A stretch of DNA of 64,000 bases from an uncultured Spirochaetota bacterium (GCA_964518675.1 CAZFGQ010000008.1:2365-66364), one strand, 5' to 3'. Shown: positions 8,764 to 19,527, counted from the stretch's first letter. Numbers and translations are program-made. Notes: generated by a model not told the origin, from the letters alone.

Positions 8764-10683
8764 GTGGGTAAGTTTTATATTACCACTCCAATTTATTACG
8801 TTAACGATGAACCCCATATAGGACATGCCTATTCCACCATTGTAGCGGATGTATTTTCGAGATACCACAGGCTATTTGGTGACGAGGTATTTTTTTCAAC
8901 AGGTACAGATGAACATGGCCTTAAAGTTCAGGAAGCCGCAAGGAAAAGGGGGGTACCTCCAAAACAACACTGTGATGAAATGGTTCTCCGATTTGTGGAA
9001 ATGTGGAAAAAGCTTGGTATAAGCTATACAAGATTTATAAGAACAACAGAAAAAAGGCATGTCTTTGTGGTTCAAAACCTGTTAACATATCTCTACGAAA
9101 GGGGTGACATATATTTCGATACATATGAGGGAAAATACTGTATTCCTGAAGAAAGGTTCTGGACAGAAAAAGACCTGATAGATGGGAAATGTCCATCATG
9201 TGGAAGGGAAGTTATCACGATTGAGGAACAAAACTACTTTTTCAAACTATCCAAATACAGGGATTGGCTGGTAGAATACATAAAAGAACACCCAGAATTC
9301 ATTAAACCCGAAACCAGAAAAAATGAGATTCTGGGATTTTTGAAAAATCCATTGAACGATCTCTGTATTTCCAGACCAAAATCGAGGCTGGACTGGGGCA
9401 TTGAAATTCCATTTGATAAAAACTTCGTCACTTATGTATGGTTTGATGCACTGATAAATTATATATCGAATATAGGTGTTTACAGGGACAACGAATCTTT
9501 TCAAAAGTGGTGGCCCTGCGATGTTCATCTTGTAGGAAAAGACATAATAACCACACATGCCGTTTACTGGCCAATAATGCTTAAATCCGCAGGTTTTGAA
9601 CTCCCAAAAACAATATTTGCCCATGGATGGTGGCTCATCCAGGACGAGAAGATGAGCAAATCACTCGGCAATGTGGTAAGACCAATCGATCTGGTTGACA
9701 AATACGGACATGAATCATTCAGGTATGTATTGATCAAAAATATGGTACTCGGCCAGGATGCAAGTTTTAGCGAAGAGATGATGGTTAACACAATTAACCA
9801 TGACCTGGCAAATGACTATGGAAATCTGCTGAGCAGATTGCAGAAAATGGTACAGAAATACTTCAATGGTCGAATACCGAGGTGTGGAGAACTTGATCGA
9901 AAGAGTAGAGAAATAAAAGAAATGTCCCAGGAGCTATACGAAAAGATAAAAAGTTACATTGAGAAACTTGAACTGAATAGTGCTCTTGAGTCAATTCTTA
10001 ACCTCATACGCTCTATAAACAGATATATAGAACAGAGCGCTCCCTGGAATCTCCACAAAGAGGGAAAAGAAGAGGAACTTGGAACCATACTCTACGTAGG
10101 TTGCGAAGCTTTTAGAATAGCAACAATTTATCTTGCTCCTATTATTCTGGATAAAGCTGAAAAAGCTCTTTCGGTTTTCTCCCTTTCCATCCTCAACCTC
10201 ATCAAGGATGAACCGAATAAGGAAAAGGATATATTCAGGTGGGGCCAATTAAAGCACGGGACAAGTATAAAGCCTGTAGAAAGTCTTTTCCCCAGAATCA
10301 TGGAAGATAACAAAATTAAATTGGAGAAAAAAATGGCTGAAGAAGATAAAAAGTCTGGTCAAAAAATCGGCATAGAAGATTTTAACAAGCTTGAGCTCAA
10401 GGTTGGCAAAATTATAGAAGCGAGTCCAATTGAGGGTTCTAATAAGCTATTCAGAATTATAGTTGATCTGGGAGACGAAAAAAGGCAGATAGTAGCCGGC
10501 ATTGCTGAATACTACCAACCTGAAGAACTGAAAGGCAGGCTAATCGTGGTTGTGACCAACCTGAAACCTGTAAAACTGATGGGAGTTGAATCAAATGGCA
10601 TGCTTCTTGCTGCAACATGGGGAGATAAACTTTCAATATTAACCCTGGACAGGGAATTACCTCCCGGAGCAAAGATCAGTTAA
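8764..10683 (+). CDS. metG: Methionine--tRNA ligase with C-terminal EMAP/tRNA-binding domain
   Basis: HIGH motif PHIGHAYS, KMSKS motif and a zinc knuckle CPSCGRE. The C-terminal Myf/EMAP-like domain is KVGKIIEASPIEGSNKLFRI.... GTG start with a GGAGGG SD. Confidence 0.95.
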   Translation: MGKFYITTPIYYVNDEPHIGHAYSTIVADVFSRYHRLFGDEVFFSTGTDEHGLKVQEAARKRGVPPKQHCDEMVLRFVEMWKKLGISYTRFIRTTEKRHVFVVQNLLTYLYERGDIYFDTYEGKYCIPEERFWTEKDLIDGKCPSCGREVITIEEQNYFFKLSKYRDWLVEYIKEHPEFIKPETRKNEILGFLKNPLNDLCISRPKSRLDWGIEIPFDKNFVTYVWFDALINYISNIGVYRDNESFQKWWPCDVHLVGKDIITTHAVYWPIMLKSAGFELPKTIFAHGWWLIQDEKMSKSLGNVVRPIDLVDKYGHESFRYVLIKNMVLGQDASFSEEMMVNTINHDLANDYGNLLSRLQKMVQKYFNGRIPRCGELDRKSREIKEMSQELYEKIKSYIEKLELNSALESILNLIRSINRYIEQSAPWNLHKEGKEEELGTILYVGCEAFRIATIYLAPIILDKAEKALSVFSLSILNLIKDEPNKEKDIFRWGQLKHGTSIKPVESLFPRIMEDNKIKLEKKMAEEDKKSGQKIGIEDFNKLELKVGKIIEASPIEGSNKLFRIIVDLGDEKRQIVAGIAEYYQPEELKGRLIVVVTNLKPVKLMGVESNGMLLAATWGDKLSILTLDRELPPGAKIS

Positions 10684-10795
10684 TAATGATTGGGAAAGAT
10701 GATTCTCCTCTCGTATAGAACGGCAGGTAAATACCCCTGAAACAAAGGTCAGTTAAGAGCAATAATCAAAATCAGATTTTCTTGAATTACACTCA

Positions 10796-12010
10796 CTACT
10801 TTTTTGAGACTTTAAAATACTCAGGGTGATTTCTTATAATTTCTTCAAATACATAGGCAGCAACCCCTATGCTACTCGCCTGTTCTCCCAGCATTGATGG
10901 CAGAATCTCGGGGAATCTCATCATTGTTGTAAATGCTCTCTTTTTCACGTTATTTTTTATCTCTCTGAATAGCAATTCTCCTGTATTTGCAACTCCACCA
11001 CCAACAATAATCACCTCTGGATTTAATATATTAACAACACTGGCAATACCAATTCCTATATAATTTGCAAAATCCTTTACGATTTTCAGGGCTATCTCAT
11101 CGCCTCTTTTGGCTGCTTCTGAAACAACCCTGGCGGTTATACTGGAAGAATCATCCTCTGCAATCTCTCTGATTAATGAATTACTACCAGAGCTCAGAAC
11201 CCTTAAAGCGGTAGAGGCTATAGCACCTCCACCTGCAAACACCTCAAGACAGCCCCTGTTGCCACAGTGGCAAAGTGGACCGGAGGGAAGTATCGTCATA
11301 TGACCCACTTCTCCGGCAGTATAACTGCTTCCCCTGTACAATTCTCCATTTATTATTATCCCACCCCCTATTCCATAACCGAGTCTTATACAGAAGACAT
11401 TTTTATATCCCCTTGCAGCCCCATACCTTGCCTCTGCAAGAGCCATGGCCCTCGCCTCATTTTCTATATACACAGGTTTTCCTATTAACTGTGAAAGCTT
11501 ATCGGCAAGAGGAACATTATTACAGTTTGGCAGATTTGGAGCAAAAACCAGAACACCTTTTTCCAGATGCACAAGGCCTGGAACACTTACCCCGACACCG
11601 GGTATTTTATTGATAATCTCCTGGGGTAGGCCCTCGATGAGCTTCAAATACACCTTTTCCATCTCATGAACCAAATCAAAATCATCACTGTTTACATTAA
11701 ACTCCTCTCTGATAGACTTGATTATATCAGAATGAAGATTAATGACAACCCCTATTATCTTTCCGATTCCAACGTCCAAGCCCACCAGATACTGAATATC
11801 GGGATTAAGCTCTATCAGGATGGGTTTCCTTCCCATAGGGAGCTCCGTTTTTCCCGCCTCTCTTACAAGCCCAAGATTTTCCAGCTCCTGTATCACGTTT
11901 GTTACCGTTGCCGGGCTCAAACCTGAGTATTTAGATATCTCAATTCTCGAAGCTTTTCTATATTGTTGAAGCACATTTAAAACCAGGCGCACATTATTTC
12001 TTGAAACCAA
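10796..12010 (-). CDS. ROK-family transcriptional regulator (NagC/XylR-like) with N-terminal HTH
   Basis: N-terminal wHTH (ISKYSGLSPATVTNVIQELE). ROK sugar-kinase fold with the Zn motif GHMTILPSGPLCHCGNRGCLE. Confidence 0.8.
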   Translation of the reverse strand: MVSRNNVRLVLNVLQQYRKASRIEISKYSGLSPATVTNVIQELENLGLVREAGKTELPMGRKPILIELNPDIQYLVGLDVGIGKIIGVVINLHSDIIKSIREEFNVNSDDFDLVHEMEKVYLKLIEGLPQEIINKIPGVGVSVPGLVHLEKGVLVFAPNLPNCNNVPLADKLSQLIGKPVYIENEARAMALAEARYGAARGYKNVFCIRLGYGIGGGIIINGELYRGSSYTAGEVGHMTILPSGPLCHCGNRGCLEVFAGGGAIASTALRVLSSGSNSLIREIAEDDSSSITARVVSEAAKRGDEIALKIVKDFANYIGIGIASVVNILNPEVIIVGGGVANTGELLFREIKNNVKKRAFTTMMRFPEILPSMLGEQASSIGVAAYVFEEIIRNHPEYFKVSKK

Positions 12011-12020
12011 TTTCTTGCTC

Positions 12021-14279
12021 CTAAAGAACTTTTCTTACAAGAGACCTGACACCGGATGTTTCTTTAACAAATATAACGGGAAAAGTACTACGTCTGGCAA
12101 CAAGTTCGGGAACCTTGATGGATTTTCCTCTGGTAAAACCAATCCCGGGTGACACTCCCATCACAACAAGATCGTAACTCAATCCCTCCCTGCAAATACC
12201 TTCTGCTACATCGTCTCCAAGGGCTATTTTTGATTCTATATCTACATTTTTATTTAGGCCAATTTTTTCCAGAGAGGACCTTAAGAAACCAGCCATATCA
12301 AAGGTACTTTTAACACCGGCAACGTAAAATGGTACTACTGTTCCGCCATCTTCAACCAGGATTATCGCCACCTCTAGGGCAAGTGTTGAATTTGGACCGC
12401 CAGAAATTGGTACAAGTATTTTTTTTGCCCTCTTATCCGTTTCCCCTTTTAACAAAATAACATGGCATGGCGCCTTATCTATTACCTGATCCACATTTTT
12501 TCCAAACCTGAACTCCGCCATAGTAGATTTCTGTGGAAAACCCATAACGAGAAGGTCAACTTTTTTCTCTCTCGTAGCAGTTATAATACCCCTTGAAACG
12601 TTCCTGCAGTATCTGACTGTGGTGGTCAGTGAAAATGTCGGGGCAAGGTAAAGCATAGCTTCAACTATAGCCTCTTTACCCTTAAGCATATACAGATGTG
12701 CATCTGAAAGGGGAACCTGATCGGGTACCTCAACCATGTGGATCAGCTCTATATTTGCCTCCTTTGCACCGCAGAGTTTATAAACGGATCTTACAAGCCG
12801 AATACTATTCTCGGGATTAGAAACGGCAACCATTATCCTGTATCTTTCATCCTCTTCAGGAGAAACCTTCTCCTCCTCCAGGATTTGAATGTCATGGGGC
12901 GATAATTTTGCCCTTGTTCTGGAAAAAGTGTTGTATACTGTAAACCCTATAGAAATCCACACCACAGCAACAATCCAGGCAATTACACTCATGTGGACAA
13001 GCCATACTGATAGTACAATTTGAATGAGTACAGCCATAATTGGAAAAAGTGGAAAGAGGGGCATTTTGTACCCATATATCAATTCATCTCCCATTCTCCA
13101 CCTGACCCTGATGGCCGAAAGGTTTGCAAGAAAAAATAGGAACAGAAACATTATACTGGCAGAAGAGGCTACGTGGATTGTTGGAAGGAGAACCGCTATA
13201 AAAAGAATTATAAATGATGTGAATATTAATGCAACATATGGAGTCTTAGTTTTTCGCGATATTCTGGAAAAAAATCCAGGCAACATATTGTCTCTACCAA
13301 GAGCATAGGAAACCCGGGAAGCAGAATATATTGTTGCATTCAATGCAGAAGTAGAGGCAAAAATGACCGCAATGGTCAGAAGCACATTGCCAAACGGCAT
13401 TAAAAAAGATACGGCTTCACCAAAACCCTTTTCCCTAAAACTGCCAATCCACTTCCACACGGGAGCTTCCACCCCGGGCATTCCCTCTTTAACCGATACA
13501 AGAGTTGCAAATGCCACAGATACGTATGTAAGGGTAACCACAAAAACGGAAAGAATCATGGCCTTGGGCAGGTTCTTTCTTGGATTAATTGTTTCATCAC
13601 CTGCCTGAGAGATCACTTCAAATCCCTCAAAAGCCACATAAGTGAAACCCATGGTTATTAGAAGATTCCTCCATCCATATGGAAGGAAAGGCCTGAGGTT
13701 TTGTATCCTTGCTGGGTCCTTTATTGCAACATAGAAACCAGCAAGCCCAATTATTACAAGAAATGTGGTCTGGCCCATTGTAAAAAATGCACCAAACTTG
13801 CCAGTTTCCTGGGCACCACGGTAGTTTATATAGATAAACAAACCAGCAATAATAACAGAAAAAAGCTTTACTCCTATTTCTTCCGAATATGGAAACCAGC
13901 TCATCAATCCCAGAGTTTCCAGATATCGCATAGTATATATCGAGAATGTATGGGCATATACACTGCCAGCCACAGAAGAAGCAAACCATTCCATCCAGCC
14001 AGCCATAAAACTGGCCCCTTTTCCAAACCCTATTCGGGCAAAGTTATATGCACCACCAGCATGGGGGATTGCTGAGCTCAGTTCAGCATACGACATGGCC
14101 GTCATCATGGCAATCAATCCATTAAGGGCAAATGTAAGAATCGCACCACCCGGCCCTGCTATGTAGATCGAGTTTCCAATTCCAAGAAACACACCTGCCC
14201 CAATCATCATACCAAGACCCATCATTGTTATGTGAAATAAATTCAGCTCTCTCGAAAGTTCCGACTTTATTTCAGCCAT
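12021..14279 (-). CDS. APC-family amino-acid permease fused to two C-terminal universal stress protein (UspA) domains
   Basis: About 12 TM helices with amino-acid permease motifs over roughly the first 440 aa. Two Usp-like alpha/beta domains follow (…ILVPISGGPNS…, …DLVVMG…). Confidence 0.8.
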   Translation of the reverse strand: MAEIKSELSRELNLFHITMMGLGMMIGAGVFLGIGNSIYIAGPGGAILTFALNGLIAMMTAMSYAELSSAIPHAGGAYNFARIGFGKGASFMAGWMEWFASSVAGSVYAHTFSIYTMRYLETLGLMSWFPYSEEIGVKLFSVIIAGLFIYINYRGAQETGKFGAFFTMGQTTFLVIIGLAGFYVAIKDPARIQNLRPFLPYGWRNLLITMGFTYVAFEGFEVISQAGDETINPRKNLPKAMILSVFVVTLTYVSVAFATLVSVKEGMPGVEAPVWKWIGSFREKGFGEAVSFLMPFGNVLLTIAVIFASTSALNATIYSASRVSYALGRDNMLPGFFSRISRKTKTPYVALIFTSFIILFIAVLLPTIHVASSASIMFLFLFFLANLSAIRVRWRMGDELIYGYKMPLFPLFPIMAVLIQIVLSVWLVHMSVIAWIVAVVWISIGFTVYNTFSRTRAKLSPHDIQILEEEKVSPEEDERYRIMVAVSNPENSIRLVRSVYKLCGAKEANIELIHMVEVPDQVPLSDAHLYMLKGKEAIVEAMLYLAPTFSLTTTVRYCRNVSRGIITATREKKVDLLVMGFPQKSTMAEFRFGKNVDQVIDKAPCHVILLKGETDKRAKKILVPISGGPNSTLALEVAIILVEDGGTVVPFYVAGVKSTFDMAGFLRSSLEKIGLNKNVDIESKIALGDDVAEGICREGLSYDLVVMGVSPGIGFTRGKSIKVPELVARRSTFPVIFVKETSGVRSLVRKVL

Positions 14280-14571
14280 TCAAACTATCCTGTAAACTGG
14301 TTTCTACAACACCTAATCAACTATGAAAGATACCCCAATACTAAATGCTATCTATAAACCTGTTTTATCTCTTTTATTTAATTCCTTGTTGAATCTCTTA
14401 ATCCTTGCAAAACTTACAATTACAAGAACTGTTATGAAAATTATAGCTAAAAAAAGGACAATTATACCGGGTAAAAAATTTTTATCCAAATTACAACCCT
14501 CCATTTTTTACAGGAAAATAGAATATACTATCTGGTGGGATAAATCAACAGAATATATTTTTTGAGATTCT

Positions 14572-15630
14572 TTATTTTTCCTGAACTTTGTAAATAGCAA
14601 CGGCACCAATAATTATAGCACCTTTTATGCACCACTGATAAAAGGTAGAAACACTGGCAAGATTAAATATATTATTGAGAAGGGTTAAAATTATCACTCC
14701 TGCAAAAGTTCCAATAACACTACCAACCCCTCCACCCAGGACTGTTCCCCCAACAAGAACAGCAGCAATCGACTCAAGATCATACCGCTGATAGTTTAAG
14801 CCACCAACCTGGGGATCTCCAATACCCATTCGACTAATTAAAAAAAGAGCTGAAAGAGCTGCCATAAAACTGGAAAAAACATATACAAATATCATAACCC
14901 TATCTGTTCTGATACCGGAAAGGCGAGAAGCGTTTTCATTTCCGCCAGTGGCATAGATGTACCTGCCAAGTATGGTTTTGGATAAAATAAAGTATGTTAC
15001 TCCCAAAACAACGATGAAAAATATTACGGCAACTGGTATAGGCCCAATTGTACCTTCAGCAAAATATTTCCATTCCGGTGAAACAAGACCTTTTGGTCTT
15101 TTTGTATACATTAATACCACACCTTGAACCATTGATCCGGTTGCAAGGGTTGCAATAAAAGGAGTTATCTTCAGCTTACTGATTAATTGAGAGTTTAAAA
15201 AACCAACTACTAAAGCCATACCAGTAGTAAGCAATAGTACCGGAATAATAACACCGGCTCCAGATTGGCCGTGCATCAATCCAGATGAATAAACGGCCAC
15301 CATACTTATAGTTGCTCCTACAGAAAGGTCGAGTCCACCAGATATAATTACAATCGTTTGTCCTATAGAGACTAGGCCAAGAGCAACCGCCTGAAGAAGC
15401 ACATTTATAAGATTCTGAGATTTTAAAAAATCAGGAGATAGGATAGCTCCTGTAATGGCAATAATTAAAAGGAATATATATATTGTAAACGTTTCAGAAT
15501 GTTCCCTTACAAATAACCGGATTCCCCTAGTACTTAAGTCTTTAATGTCTCTCCTGTTGTTCAATTTTCCCTCCAAAGGACGCAATGGTAAGAATTTCCT
15601 CTTCTGAAGTTGATTGAGCATCAACTTCAC
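14572..15630 (-). CDS. sugar ABC transporter permease (RbsC/XylH-like)
   Basis: Polytopic membrane protein. It is one of two permeases in the locus. Its 5' end overlaps the ATPase gene by about 80-89 bp. Confidence 0.8.
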   Translation of the reverse strand: MKLMLNQLQKRKFLPLRPLEGKLNNRRDIKDLSTRGIRLFVREHSETFTIYIFLLIIAITGAILSPDFLKSQNLINVLLQAVALGLVSIGQTIVIISGGLDLSVGATISMVAVYSSGLMHGQSGAGVIIPVLLLTTGMALVVGFLNSQLISKLKITPFIATLATGSMVQGVVLMYTKRPKGLVSPEWKYFAEGTIGPIPVAVIFFIVVLGVTYFILSKTILGRYIYATGGNENASRLSGIRTDRVMIFVYVFSSFMAALSALFLISRMGIGDPQVGGLNYQRYDLESIAAVLVGGTVLGGGVGSVIGTFAGVIILTLLNNIFNLASVSTFYQWCIKGAIIIGAVAIYKVQEK

Positions 15631-17065
15631 CAGCTATTCTTCCTCTATGCATGACCAGAATTCTGTCACTTACCCCTATAACCTCAGGTATTTCGGATGA
15701 AATCATAAGAACCGCCGCACCCTTATCAGCCAACTCTCTTATCAATTTCCATATCTCAACCTTAGTCTGTACATCAATCCCTCTGGTTGGCTCATCAAAT
15801 ATTATTAACTTTGGACTACATAGCAACCACTTGGCCACCACAACCTTTTGTTGATTTCCACCACTAAGCCTCGTAACCTCATGCCCTAATCCGGGTACCT
15901 TTACATCCAACCTTTTAATAACCCTACTAACCTCGTTATATTCCTCACTCTTCTTAATAAAGCCAAACCTCCTCCTATTACGCATGCTTGCCAGAGCAGT
16001 GTTAATTAAGACGGATAGATTCATCACAAGGCCTTCTTCTTTCCTATCTTCTGGAACATAACTCAGTCCAGTGTCAATTGCAAAATAAGGTTTAAGGTTA
16101 GCCACTTCTTTCCCATATACCATAATCCTACCAGTATCAAATGCCCTGGCCCCAAACATAACCTGTGCCAATTCCGTACGACCGGATCCCATGAGTCCCG
16201 CAAGTCCCACGATTTCACCTTCACTTATCGTTAAATTTATATCTTTCAATACAGGCTCTGAACTGAGGTTCTCGATCCTGAGTACTTCTTTCCCCTCTCT
16301 TCTAACCTTTGGTCTTGGGGGAAACTTCTCAGTAAACGTTTTACTTCCGATCATCATTTGAACGAGCGAGGTTCTTGTAACATCTTTGATCGGTAAAGTA
16401 TCCACCAACTTTCCATCTTTAAGAACAGTCACCCTGTCGGATAACTTAAATACTTCCTCCAGCCTATGGGAAATGTATATTACAGCAACACCATGACTCT
16501 TCAGTGCTTTTACAACCTCAAATAAGTGTTCAAGTTCTTTTGTACCAAGAGTTGCTGAAGGCTCATCCATAATTACAACCTTAGCTTGTAGCGAAAGAGC
16601 CTTGGCTATCTCCACCATCTGCTGCTGTGCAATACTCAAATCACTTATTTTTAAACGTGGATCAATATCCACACCCAGACGATGCAAAACCTCAGTAGCC
16701 TTTTCATTTAATTCTTTTGATTTCAAAATTCCAAACCGATGTCTGGGCTCTCTTCCAAGAAATACATTGGCGGCAACACTTAGATAAGGAATAAGATTAA
16801 ACTCCTGATAAATAATACTGATGCCCATACTCTTTGCATCATAGGGGCTTGAAAAACTTACCTCTTTCCCTTCCAGGTATATATGACCCTTATCGGGAGG
16901 ATAAACACCAGCTAAGATTTTCATTAAAGTGGACTTGCCCGCCCCATTTTGACCAACCAGTGTGTGAACCTCACCGCTTTTACAACTAAATGAAACATCA
17001 CTTAGTGCCTGTACACCGCCAAATGCTTTAGATATATTTTTCAACTCTACAATATACCTTTCCAT
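15542..17065 (-). CDS. sugar ABC transporter ATP-binding protein (duplicated ABC domains, RbsA/MglA-like)
   Basis: Two Walker A/ABC signature sets (GQNGAGKST ... LSGGNQQK). Size is 507 aa. Confidence 0.9.
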   Translation of the reverse strand: MERYIVELKNISKAFGGVQALSDVSFSCKSGEVHTLVGQNGAGKSTLMKILAGVYPPDKGHIYLEGKEVSFSSPYDAKSMGISIIYQEFNLIPYLSVAANVFLGREPRHRFGILKSKELNEKATEVLHRLGVDIDPRLKISDLSIAQQQMVEIAKALSLQAKVVIMDEPSATLGTKELEHLFEVVKALKSHGVAVIYISHRLEEVFKLSDRVTVLKDGKLVDTLPIKDVTRTSLVQMMIGSKTFTEKFPPRPKVRREGKEVLRIENLSSEPVLKDINLTISEGEIVGLAGLMGSGRTELAQVMFGARAFDTGRIMVYGKEVANLKPYFAIDTGLSYVPEDRKEEGLVMNLSVLINTALASMRNRRRFGFIKKSEEYNEVSRVIKRLDVKVPGLGHEVTRLSGGNQQKVVVAKWLLCSPKLIIFDEPTRGIDVQTKVEIWKLIRELADKGAAVLMISSEIPEVIGVSDRILVMHRGRIAGEVDAQSTSEEEILTIASFGGKIEQQERH

Positions 17066-17180
17066 TTTTTTCTCTTGTTTTCATCGATTTTATAGAAAGC
17101 TTTATTTTAATTTCATATCACCGTATTGCAGCTCTCCACTTGCTTAAATTACGTTCTAAAATTAAATCAAACGCTGGTTG

Positions 17181-17214
17181 CTCTGCAGCAACCAGCGTTT
17201 TTTCGAAATCACAA
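17181..17214 (-). terminator. intra-operon stem-loop (11-bp perfect stem) between SBP and ATPase genes; likely attenuator or mRNA-stability hairpin
   Basis: acgctggttgc-tctgca-gcaaccagcgt is followed by TTTTTT on the plus strand, with an A-run/T-rich tract on the minus strand. It lies between two co-oriented minus-strand genes. Confidence 0.45.
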
Positions 17215-17230
17215 ATCATCAGAGAACATA

Positions 17231-18358
17231 TTACTTACCAAATAACATCTCAGCAACTTCTGGCATGGACTCTGCCCAGTAATCATCCGGCAAATCCATT
17301 CTTACATACTGATCCAGATTCTCCTCTGTAATAACGAGGTTTGGTACAACATCATGGTGGGGTACCTCTTCTCCCTGAAGAACCTTTTTAGCTATCTGAA
17401 CAGCTTCATATCCCATTCTTACACTGAAGGTTACACCAACAGCGGTAAGATTGTTCTTTTTCCACATCTTTAGAAATCTGTTAAAATCCTCGCCAGTTAT
17501 CGGTGGCACCTCCATTCCAGCATCCATGAACGCTTCTGCAGCCCCTGAACCCTGCAGACCACTATCAGCCCATACTCCGTCAATCTGGGGATACTTTTGA
17601 ATCAATGTCTGCATTATTCTTTTTCCCTCAACTGGGGACCAGCTTGTATACTGCACATCCAGAATCTTTATTCCCGGGAATTGAGAGAAGACCTTTTTAG
17701 CGGCTGCCAGCCTATCCTCAGCAGGTGTTGCACCGGCAAGTCCCGGCAGACAGACAACATTACCCTTTCCCTGCAGTTCTGCAGCAAGCCATTGTGCCTG
17801 AAGTTTCCCCATTTCTGTACTGGAAGCCTCAACAAAGGTTACATACTTATCGCTGCTTATGTTTCTGTCAACAGTTATTACGGGAATACCCTGATCCATA
17901 ACCTTTTCTACAGCAGGGGTTAGAGCTTCGGCTGTTGCAGCACTTACAATTAATAAATCCACGCCCTTTGTCACCAGGTCCTCAATGTCGGCAATCTGTT
18001 TTACCGGATCATCATTTGCATTTGTTTCATAATAATTCTTTACCAATCCCTGCTTTTTTAACTCTTCGATACCATACCTTAGATGTGCAACAAAGGAAAC
18101 ACGCCAGGAGTTTGAGAGAGAAGCATTGCTGAAACCAATAGTCCAGGGTGCTGGTTTCTTGTACTTTGAAGTATCAATCATTCTTGTGCTAACTTCAGGT
18201 TTGTGATAACCCGGAGCAGGTTTCTCAATTTTAACTGCCTGAACCTCTTCAGCCTCCTTTTCAGGAGCTGCTTTCTCCTTCGATCCTGCGGCAATAAAAA
18301 CCACAGAAACAAATAGCGCCAAAAACAACAGGGTGGTTAGTTTGATAAACTTCTTCAT
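17231..18358 (-). CDS. sugar ABC transporter periplasmic substrate-binding protein (RbsB-like)
   Basis: Signal peptide/lipobox-like N-terminus and periplasmic binding protein type I fold motifs. It lies between the permease and ATPase genes. Confidence 0.8.
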   Translation of the reverse strand: MKKFIKLTTLLFLALFVSVVFIAAGSKEKAAPEKEAEEVQAVKIEKPAPGYHKPEVSTRMIDTSKYKKPAPWTIGFSNASLSNSWRVSFVAHLRYGIEELKKQGLVKNYYETNANDDPVKQIADIEDLVTKGVDLLIVSAATAEALTPAVEKVMDQGIPVITVDRNISSDKYVTFVEASSTEMGKLQAQWLAAELQGKGNVVCLPGLAGATPAEDRLAAAKKVFSQFPGIKILDVQYTSWSPVEGKRIMQTLIQKYPQIDGVWADSGLQGSGAAEAFMDAGMEVPPITGEDFNRFLKMWKKNNLTAVGVTFSVRMGYEAVQIAKKVLQGEEVPHHDVVPNLVITEENLDQYVRMDLPDDYWAESMPEVAEMLFGK

Positions 18359-18441
18359 CTTACTACCTCCTTAAAAATTTTTTTAAAAAATATTTTTGCC
18401 TGAGCCAGTCTACCCTTCAGTCCATCTATAGTTCATTCTTG

Positions 18442-19461
18442 TTATCTGACACTTAACCTTCGATAAAGGGCAACTGCACTTATTATTACCAGTCCCTTTA
18501 CGATTCTCTGCATTTCAACATCCAGACCCAATAAAACCACAATGTTGTACAGAATTGCCAGCATAAGAGCTCCTGCCAATGAACCCCATACACTTCCTTT
18601 ACCACCTGTCAAAACAGAGCCCCCTATCACAACGGCAGCTATGGAATCTAGCTCATAACCCCGTCCCAACCAGTTATCAGCCACGCCTATCCATCCCGTA
18701 AGCAAAAGACCAGCAAATCCAGCCCAGAAGCTACTGAGCACATACGTAACAATCTGAACCCTTTCAACTTTAATCCCGGAAAGATATGCGCATCTTCTAT
18801 TGCCTCCCACAGCATATATTGAGCGTCCAAGAGTGGTGCTGCTCAATATTAGCCAAGATATAAAACCTACAGCTATGCATATCCAGGTTGCCACTGGAAT
18901 CCTTAAAAACAGATCCCGCCCCAGTATTCTTAAATCATCCGGGATCGAGCCCTTGGGCATACCTCCAGAATATATAAACCTAAACCCCTGAACCATTAAG
19001 AGCATACCGAGAGTCGTAATAAAAGGTGGTATCCTCAGTTTAGCAACGAGAAGCCCGTTAGCCAATCCTATAAGGATCGCAACTCCAAGACAGAATAACG
19101 AAACAGGTAAAACAAGTTCGTTTTTACCTTCCATCATGTTTGCACTTAGAATTGACATCAATGCCATGACAGACGCTACAGAAAGATCAATCCCACCACC
19201 CAGTATTACAAATGTCTGGCCTACCGTTACCACTCCAAGAATGGAAGCAAGTCTTATAACATTGAGGATATTTCTTGCCTTTATAAAAACTGGCGAGGCA
19301 ATAGTGGCTACTAAAAAAACAAAAAATAGAATCAGATATATTGATGATTTTTCTAAAAATGTATTTCTTCTAATCGGATCTTTAAAGTAACAGGTAAGTC
19401 TATAAACCAATCCTTCTGTTTCAACCTGAGGTGACATTAAATACACTCCAGCAGTTCTCAA
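18442..19461 (-). CDS. sugar ABC transporter permease (second permease)
   Basis: Polytopic membrane protein, paralogous to 14572-15630. Confidence 0.8.
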   Translation of the reverse strand: MRTAGVYLMSPQVETEGLVYRLTCYFKDPIRRNTFLEKSSIYLILFFVFLVATIASPVFIKARNILNVIRLASILGVVTVGQTFVILGGGIDLSVASVMALMSILSANMMEGKNELVLPVSLFCLGVAILIGLANGLLVAKLRIPPFITTLGMLLMVQGFRFIYSGGMPKGSIPDDLRILGRDLFLRIPVATWICIAVGFISWLILSSTTLGRSIYAVGGNRRCAYLSGIKVERVQIVTYVLSSFWAGFAGLLLTGWIGVADNWLGRGYELDSIAAVVIGGSVLTGGKGSVWGSLAGALMLAILYNIVVLLGLDVEMQRIVKGLVIISAVALYRRLSVR

Positions 19462-19527
19462 TTAGCTAAACTTAAAAGTCTGAATGATTCATCTATTGTT
19501 AAATACTAACTTTCAAAATATCTCTGA

